Below, piece after piece: positions 58,322 to 64,000 of a stretch of 64,000 bases of DNA. Source of the stretch: Bacteroidaceae bacterium. Its GTDB lineage: Bacteria; Bacteroidota; Bacteroidia; Bacteroidales; Bacteroidaceae. A program made the translations under genes and the position numbers. Where the stretch lies: positions 52,006 through 116,005 of the forward strand of contig JAFXGX010000041.1 in assembly GCA_017536695.1 (NCBI GenBank). Direction: 5' to 3'. Under the pieces are notes generated by a model. The model saw only the letters and a program-made list of their open reading frames with translations, had not been told where the DNA came from and searched no databases. Positions within the stretch are counted from its first letter, which is position 1. Every line of letters starts with the position of its first letter.

Positions 58322-59138
58322 GAAAAAACTGTTCGGATGCCTGCTTCTGGCAGCATTCATCCTTGCACCGGTTCTCGGTGCTAACGCACAGAACGAAGAC
58401 GATGAGTTCGGCGTGTGGACCACACTCGAGGCATCGAAAAAAATCAACAAGAAACTGAAGCTCGATTTTGAGGCCGAGTTACGTACCATTGAAGGAGTGG
58501 ACGACATTGACCGCGTATCGGTAGGCGCCGGAGCAAGCTACAAACTGGCAAAATGGTTGAAAGCAAGCGCCGGATACATATTCATATACAGCCATAGCCT
58601 CGACAGCAAGAGCATAAAAGATGTTCTTGATGAGGAGAATGGGTTATGTAACTACAACATAGACCATGCATACTGGACCGAGCGCCACCGTCTTCACGTC
58701 TCTTTGACCGGTGAATACAAGATTGGGCGCGTAGAGTTCTCATTACGCGAGCGTCTGCAGTACACCCGCACCAATTCCGCCACTACCGATGAGACAAAGT
58801 ACCGTTGGGAATACACAGACATTATTGAAGGCATTGGAGAATACACTTCAGTAACAGAGCCCGAACTCAAGGAGGCAAAGGAGAACACAACACTGCGTTC
58901 ACGTCTCAGTGCAAAATGGGATATACGCAACTGCAAGGTTACCCCATTCGCATCGGTTGAGCTATACACCCGTATCGACGATTGGAAAGGTTGCGACAAG
59001 ATGCGCTACCGCATAGGAGCAAGCTACAAGATAAACAAGGACAACGAGATTTCGCTATTCTATCTTTATCAGGATGCCAACGATGATGATGAACCAAAAG
59101 GACATGCCATAGGCATCGGCTATTCAATTGACCTTTAA
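58299..59138 (+). CDS. DUF2490-like predicted outer-membrane beta-barrel protein
   Basis: Signal peptide then alternating-hydrophobicity strands (FGVWTTLEASKKI, LDFEAELRT, VSVGAGASYKL, ASAGYIFIYS ... GIGYSIDL). Aromatic-rich C-terminal strand. 23-nt overlap with the preceding gene. Confidence 0.55.
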   Translation: MNTNLKTKKKLFGCLLLAAFILAPVLGANAQNEDDEFGVWTTLEASKKINKKLKLDFEAELRTIEGVDDIDRVSVGAGASYKLAKWLKASAGYIFIYSHSLDSKSIKDVLDEENGLCNYNIDHAYWTERHRLHVSLTGEYKIGRVEFSLRERLQYTRTNSATTDETKYRWEYTDIIEGIGEYTSVTEPELKEAKENTTLRSRLSAKWDIRNCKVTPFASVELYTRIDDWKGCDKMRYRIGASYKINKDNEISLFYLYQDANDDDEPKGHAIGIGYSIDL

Positions 59139-59143
59139 TTTAT

Positions 59144-59602
59144 ATGAAAAAGCTATTTACAATACTTTTTGTTCTTGCCTTTACATTGCCGGCTACAGCC
59201 CAGCAGATGATTATCGAGAAGAACGGCAGCAATAACGAGATTGTCAACCTTGAAAACCTCAAGCAGATAACATTCAGCGGCACGATAGTGAATGTTGAGC
59301 AGACCAACGGTGCAAAGAGCAGCACATCAATGTCTGCCATCAATGCAATAAGTTTCGGCGACTACACAAGCATCGGACAAGTAAGACCTGCCGACGGCGA
59401 ACTGGTAGCATACATCTCAAGCGATGAGATTGCCGTAAACTGCGAAGCCGGAAACCTTGTCACTATATATAATATTGTCGGCACACAGGTATTGAGCGTG
59501 CGCATCGGCGCCGACTACGGCAGCATAAGCATCGCCAACCTGCCCAAAGGCATATACATTGTAAAGGCCGGCAACAGAACCGCAAAAATTGTAAGACGAT
59601 GA
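59144..59602 (+). CDS. Mini T9SS cargo: a ~50-aa passenger plus a T9SS C-terminal sorting domain
   Basis: 152 aa. Signal peptide ...PATAQ. C-terminus LVTIYNIVGTQVLSVRIGADYGSISIANLPKGIYIVKAGNRTAKIV is a typical Por/T9SS CTD. Confidence 0.75.
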   Translation: MKKLFTILFVLAFTLPATAQQMIIEKNGSNNEIVNLENLKQITFSGTIVNVEQTNGAKSSTSMSAINAISFGDYTSIGQVRPADGELVAYISSDEIAVNCEAGNLVTIYNIVGTQVLSVRIGADYGSISIANLPKGIYIVKAGNRTAKIVRR

Positions 59603-61275
59603 GAAAGACATTACTCACAGCATGCCTGCTCATTGCCACATCAATGCAGGCACAGGTGCTGCACGTGAACAACAGCGACGGCACATATCAGGCCATAGAC
59701 ACCAAAAGCTGCGGCGACATCACATTCAATGAGGAGAAGCAGCTCATTAATATCGGCCTTGACAAGGAGAACAGCATTATCAGCCGTTTCTTCACAGGAA
59801 AGATAACGAATATAGCTCCGGCATCAAACCAAGGCAATGAGCTTACATACACACTCGCACCATCTGTTACCTTCGATGCAGCAGACAAGGAGAATTTCAA
59901 CGAAATTACTCAGGCTATCCCCACCGATGAACTTGATGAGGAATACGGCGACTTTATCGAGAACTACAGCACCGGGCGAATGGTCACAATAACCTTCAGC
60001 GAGAACGGAGTAAAAGCAAGCGGCCTCACTTCGGGCATTACAGCAACCACTGACGGTGGACACATTGTCATCAATTCCACTATAGGCAAAGTAGGTTACA
60101 TTGTAAAAGGAACCTGCAGCAACGGCTCGCTGAAGATATACAGCGAAAAGAAGTTCAGGATTGTGCTTAACGGTCTGAACCTCACCAACCCCGGCGGCCC
60201 CGCCATTAACATACAGAGCGGAAAGACCGTATACTTCTCCATTGCCGACGGAACCGTTAACACACTGTGCGACGGCGCCACATACGGCGCTCCCGCCTTG
60301 GCTGCCGACGGCACAGAGGAAGACCAGAAAGGTACTCTTTTCAGCGAGGGACAGATAATATTTGACGGATACAACAAAGGTACCGGCACACTCAATGTAA
60401 AGAGCCTTGGCGGCCATGCAATCTGTAGCGATGACTACATAAGGGTGCGTGGCGGCAACATCAATATCCTTGAGGCTGCCAAAGACGGGTTCCGCACAAA
60501 GGACAAGTTCATCATAGGCCGCACCGAGGCATATTCACCCGTAATCACCGTAAATGCAGCAGGCAACGGTATTGATTGCAGCGAAGGTACACTCACCGTT
60601 GAGGCCGGCAAACTAAGTATAAATTCTGTGGACGAAGGAATAAAGGTTGAATACGAAGAACTTGTACCCGACCCGGCAGTCATCCCTGACGCAAACATCA
60701 ATGGCGGTTACATAAACATCGTTACAACCGGCGAGAAGAGTTCAGCCATAAAGACCACCCGCAATTTCACACAGAGAGGCGGAACAATACACGCCGATGT
60801 AAAAGGCAACGGTTCCAAAATCATCAACTGCGACGGCGAGGTGCTCATTACAGACGGCAAACTGACAGGCCTTTCAAGCGGCACACTTGCTGCTGACACC
60901 ACGAGTGCGGGCGGCATCAAGAGCGAGGGCAACTGCACCATCAACGGCGGAAATATAGCCATAGAGTGCAATGGGTCATTCTCAAAGGGCATCAACTGCA
61001 ACAGCAATGTAATCATCAATGACGGTGATGTGACACTGCTCTCTACGGGCAGAATCGAGAACTATGACAAGCGCGGATATGCCATCACCACTCTCGGGCT
61101 GACCATAAACGGAGGCAAGCTTGTGACAAGCTCGTTCGATGAGTGCGTATCTGCGACTGCAGTCGGCATAAACGGCGGCATCTACCATGCCATAACGGAG
61201 AGCCGGACAACAGGTCTTGAAGATATAACGACACAGACCGGAGGCTGGCTGCTCTACCGCACAGGCGAGGAGTAA
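59599..61275 (+). CDS. Cthe_2159-like carbohydrate-binding right-handed beta-helix protein, secreted, without a T9SS CTD
   Basis: Signal peptide. FRIVLNGLNLTNPGGPAINIQSGK, GTLFSEGQIIFDG, HAICSDDYIRVRGGNINI and DGFRTKD are periodic beta-helix rungs matching my memory of that family. ATGA overlap with the preceding gene. Confidence 0.7.
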   Translation: MRKTLLTACLLIATSMQAQVLHVNNSDGTYQAIDTKSCGDITFNEEKQLINIGLDKENSIISRFFTGKITNIAPASNQGNELTYTLAPSVTFDAADKENFNEITQAIPTDELDEEYGDFIENYSTGRMVTITFSENGVKASGLTSGITATTDGGHIVINSTIGKVGYIVKGTCSNGSLKIYSEKKFRIVLNGLNLTNPGGPAINIQSGKTVYFSIADGTVNTLCDGATYGAPALAADGTEEDQKGTLFSEGQIIFDGYNKGTGTLNVKSLGGHAICSDDYIRVRGGNINILEAAKDGFRTKDKFIIGRTEAYSPVITVNAAGNGIDCSEGTLTVEAGKLSINSVDEGIKVEYEELVPDPAVIPDANINGGYINIVTTGEKSSAIKTTRNFTQRGGTIHADVKGNGSKIINCDGEVLITDGKLTGLSSGTLAADTTSAGGIKSEGNCTINGGNIAIECNGSFSKGINCNSNVIINDGDVTLLSTGRIENYDKRGYAITTLGLTINGGKLVTSSFDECVSATAVGINGGIYHAITESRTTGLEDITTQTGGWLLYRTGEE

Positions 61276-61287
61276 GCCACATAACGG

Positions 61288-61326
61288 TACACGAGAAGGG
61301 CGATGCCAAGCATCGCCCTTCTCGTG
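61288..61326 (+). terminator. Perfect 18-bp-stem hairpin ending the VTC operon
   Basis: acacgagaagggcgatgc caa gcatcgcccttctcgtgt. Confidence 0.8.
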
Positions 61327-61381
61327 TATTCAGCAGGAACATAAACCACTGTCCAAACAGATATACAAGCTGGACTGTTCC

Positions 61382-61618
61382 TTACCTTCTTCTCTCCTCT
61401 TTCTTCTCGTTCATCTCCCTCTCACGTTCACGGCGCAGTTTCTCGCGTTTGCGCAACAGCACCCACAGAAGGGCGAGGACAGCCACCGAGACACCGCCGG
61501 TTACCCATTTTTCGGTAACAGACATCTCTGTGTTGCGGGGCATGAGTATTATATACATGACGGCCGTATATACGGCAAAAAGGGCAATGGTCACATTAGG
61601 GTTTCTGAAGAATCTCAT
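61382..61618 (-). CDS. Small membrane protein (2 TM) with an Arg/Glu/Lys-rich tail
   Basis: 78 aa. IALFAVYTAVMYIIL and VTGGVSVAVLALLWVLL, then RKREKLRREREREMNEKKEERRR. It has its own -7 box at 61655-61662. Confidence 0.55.
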   Translation of the reverse strand: MRFFRNPNVTIALFAVYTAVMYIILMPRNTEMSVTEKWVTGGVSVAVLALLWVLLRKREKLRREREREMNEKKEERRR

Positions 61619-61654
61619 ATTCGGATATTATGAGGCATACGCCTTATTACGGCA

Positions 61655-61662
61655 CGAAGTTA
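61655..61662 (-). promoter_or_regulatory. -7 box variant TAacTTCG (minus strand) for the small membrane protein gene
   Basis: Plus strand reads cgaagtta, 37 nt upstream of the ATG at 61618. Confidence 0.4.
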
Positions 61663-61771
61663 CATCAAACTTTTCGCAAAAAGGAATTTATGCAACCTTT
61701 TGGCAGCAATTATAGCATATTTTAAGAAATTGCCTTATATTTACAGAAGAATAAATATAATACATAGACAT

Positions 61772-62482
61772 ATGGCAAGGTATAAAAGAATTCTTTTGAA
61801 GCTCAGCGGCGAGAGCCTCATGGGCGAGCAGGGTTATGGTATTGACGTGAAACGCCTCAATGAGTATGCGGCACAGATTAAGGAGGTTGCAGCAATGGGC
61901 GTACAGATAGGTATTGTCATCGGTGGCGGTAACATTTTCCGTGGTCTGACAGGTGCCGGCAAGGGCTTCGACCGCGTTAAGGGCGACCAGATGGGCATGA
62001 TGGCAACAGTAATCAACAGCCTTGCGCTCAGTTCTGCCCTCGGTGCAGCAGGCGTTCCCAACAAGGTGCTCACAGCAATACGCATGGAGCCTGTGGGCGA
62101 GTTCTACACAAAATGGAAGGCCATTGAAGCGATGGAGCAAGGCATGGTAGTTATAATGGCTGCGGGTACAGGAAGCCCCTACTTCACCACCGATACAGGT
62201 TCATCACTGCGCGGCATTGAGATTGAGGCCGACGTTATGCTCAAGGGTACACGCGTCGACGGCATATACACTGCTGACCCCGAGAAGGACCCTACAGCCA
62301 CAAAGTTCCAGGACATTTCATACGATGAGGTAATATCACGCGGACTCAAGGTCATGGATATAACTGCAACAGCAATGTGCAAGCAGAACAACCTCCCTAT
62401 CTACGTATTCAACATGGATATTGTCGGCAATCTCAAAAAGGTAATGGAAGGCGAGGAGATTGGTACATTCGTACATCCGTAA
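61772..62482 (+). CDS. pyrH: UMP kinase
   Basis: Start at the ATG MARYKRILLKLSGE (the ORF-track start is TTG). GGGNIFRG and the TGSPYFTTDT motif. 236 aa. Confidence 0.93.
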   Translation: MARYKRILLKLSGESLMGEQGYGIDVKRLNEYAAQIKEVAAMGVQIGIVIGGGNIFRGLTGAGKGFDRVKGDQMGMMATVINSLALSSALGAAGVPNKVLTAIRMEPVGEFYTKWKAIEAMEQGMVVIMAAGTGSPYFTTDTGSSLRGIEIEADVMLKGTRVDGIYTADPEKDPTATKFQDISYDEVISRGLKVMDITATAMCKQNNLPIYVFNMDIVGNLKKVMEGEEIGTFVHP

Positions 62483-62501
62483 GAGAGAACTCGCAATAAA
62501 G

Positions 62502-62534
62502 CAACAAGAGCCGAATTGAATTTTCGGCTCTTGT
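62502..62534. terminator. Hairpin between pyrH (+) and birA (-)
   Basis: aacaagagccgaa ttgaatt ttcggctcttgtt: a perfect 13-bp stem. Confidence 0.7.
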
Positions 62535-62538
62535 TATT

Positions 62539-63291
62539 TTATACAATGAACATCATCTGCTCAACCTCCTTGAATGCATAACGCGACAACGTACCGTCGC
62601 TGCGGCGGAGCAATAGATGCCCTGTAGGCTCAACGCCCTCGACAACAGCCATGAAAGCGCCATCAGTATCAACATAATTGCGCTGTTCGCCAAAGCCCAG
62701 CAACAGTTCGCGATACTCTGCAGAGATTGCTTCTTTGCAGCCCCAACGCATCTCGGAATAATAACGGTTAAAGATGCAAAGCACTTCGCTCAACACATCT
62801 TCAACAGGAAAATCCTTTCCCAACAGCATTTTCATTGAAACAGGCACGCGGTCCATTTGCGGAAAATCAGTCTGGTTCACATTGAGCCCGATTCCCACTA
62901 TCGCTTGCTCCACGAAAGCGCCGGAATAGTCGAGCTCGACAAGAATGCCTGCCAGTTTCCTGTTGCCCACATATATGTCATTAGGCCATTTGAGCCTTGT
63001 TTCAATGCCATAACACTTCATTGCAGCATGTAAAGAAACAGCCACTGCCTGCGACAACAGGAACTGGTTAGCGACCTCAAGAGAGTTGCCCGGGCGAACA
63101 AGCATGCTGAGCAGAAGATTTTCACCATCCTTTGACGACCACACATTTCCACGTTGCCCACGCCCTGCCGTCTGATGCCGTGCTGTGACAGCAACAATAT
63201 CCTTGCCATCTACCCACAAGTAGTCAGCCTCATCGCGTAGATAACGGTTGGTAGAATCCACCACATCAAGGCGCTTGATATAAATTGACAT
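62539..63291 (-). CDS. birA: Biotin--[acetyl-CoA-carboxylase] ligase (group I, no HTH)
   Basis: 250 aa. DSTNRYL, HQTAGRGQRGNVW, KWPNDIY. Confidence 0.9.
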   Translation of the reverse strand: MSIYIKRLDVVDSTNRYLRDEADYLWVDGKDIVAVTARHQTAGRGQRGNVWSSKDGENLLLSMLVRPGNSLEVANQFLLSQAVAVSLHAAMKCYGIETRLKWPNDIYVGNRKLAGILVELDYSGAFVEQAIVGIGLNVNQTDFPQMDRVPVSMKMLLGKDFPVEDVLSEVLCIFNRYYSEMRWGCKEAISAEYRELLLGFGEQRNYVDTDGAFMAVVEGVEPTGHLLLRRSDGTLSRYAFKEVEQMMFIV

Positions 63292-63305
63292 ATGCTTTCA
63301 GTTCT

Positions 63306-63653
63306 TTACAGTCCATATTTTACACGTATTTTCTTGGGAAGTTTCTTCAAGACCTCCACGTAAGAATGGTCAACAAGAGAATAAAACAACTCATCATCAA
63401 GCGCAGCAATGTCCAGTTGGTTCCAGTAGCGTTTGTTCATATGCCATGCGGGCTGAATCTGCGGATATCGGTCACGCAGTTCAATGGCATAATCGGCATC
63501 ACATTTCACACAGAACCATTTGGTATTCTCAAGGTCGCATATCGCAAATATCTTGTTCTCGACCCTGAAAGCCAGTGTAGTCTCATCGAAAGGAAAATCC
63601 TCGGTAGCATTCTCCTTGCTCAGGCAATATATGCGTGCATCTTCAATATTCAT
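63306..63653 (-). CDS. MmcQ/YjbR-family protein
   Basis: Start preferred at MNIEDARIYCLSKENATEDFPFDE (the family-typical N-terminus). An alternative ATG at 63680 would overlap the yraN stop (ATGGTAA). Confidence 0.7.
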   Translation of the reverse strand: MNIEDARIYCLSKENATEDFPFDETTLAFRVENKIFAICDLENTKWFCVKCDADYAIELRDRYPQIQPAWHMNKRYWNQLDIAALDDELFYSLVDHSYVEVLKKLPKKIRVKYGL

Positions 63654-63673
63654 TGCAAAAACAATGTTTAGTG

Positions 63674-64000
63674 TTACCATTGTGGAGCAAAGGCATCCTC
63701 AATGTGTTCAATACGGTAAGGTTCGCACTTTCCGATGACTGTTATTATATCGAAGCGGAAACGGCAGTCCAGCTTATACTTGAGTATATATGACTGCGCC
63801 GCCGATATGAGCAGCCGTATCTTGTTGTCATCTACGGCATCGGCCGCATTGCCGTACTGCTCGCTCGCACGGCTTTTGACCTCGACAAAGACAAGCACAT
63901 CACGTTCCTTGGCTATGATGTCAATCTCTTTGTGCCCCGAACGCCAGTTACAGTGCAGCACGGCATACCCCTTGTCGAGCAGATAGCGCGATGCAAGCAT
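63674..64000 (-). CDS. YraN-family (UPF0102) endonuclease-like protein; N-terminus may lie beyond the window edge
   Basis: ASRYLLDKGYAVLHCNWRSGHKEIDIIAKERDVLVFVEVKSR matches the YraN core. The ORF reaches the window end. Confidence 0.75.
   Translation of the reverse strand: MLASRYLLDKGYAVLHCNWRSGHKEIDIIAKERDVLVFVEVKSRASEQYGNAADAVDDNKIRLLISAAQSYILKYKLDCRFRFDIITVIGKCEPYRIEHIEDAFAPQW

Overview
This window reads as a chromosomal segment of a Bacteroidales (Bacteroidota) genome. Supporting signs are a SusC/SusD pair, type IX secretion (T9SS) C-terminal sorting domains, a T9SS plug-like protein, an ArgF'-type transcarbamylase, TAnnTTTG-type -7 promoter boxes and long perfect palindromic terminators. 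I call 50 protein-coding genes (two cut by the window edges) and one tRNA-Arg(CCG). I see no rRNA, CRISPR array, transposase, integrase or phage genes. All family names come from reading motifs by eye; no database search was run. The content is housekeeping (rsmA, mgtE, pepD, fhs, glnS, proS, asnA, ung, pyrH, birA, rarA, secG) mixed with many envelope genes. The envelope genes include lptD, an lptE-like gene, a TamB-like gene, a WecA-family gene, a ManC-like gene, a TagF-like gene, a phosphoethanolamine transferase, a GT10 fucosyltransferase, an LpxL-like acyltransferase and an OmpA-family gene. The most interesting items are: (1) a tight five-gene operon, VTC domain / DUF4956 / DUF2490 / mini T9SS cargo / Cthe_2159-like beta-helix, with a divergent HD hydrolase; I read it as an uncharacterised envelope phospho-polymer (polyphosphate?) system. 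(2) A SusC/SusD locus whose accessory genes are an orphan lipoprotein and two thioredoxin-fold lipoproteins instead of glycoside hydrolases. (3) Unexplained non-coding structures: an 85-bp tandem repeat carrying promoter-like boxes upstream of lptD, a ~520-nt ORF-free region with four hairpin repeats whose stems covary, and a ~200-bp element with imperfect terminal inverted repeats. (4) A TAnnTTCG variant of the -7 promoter box that recurs across the window.
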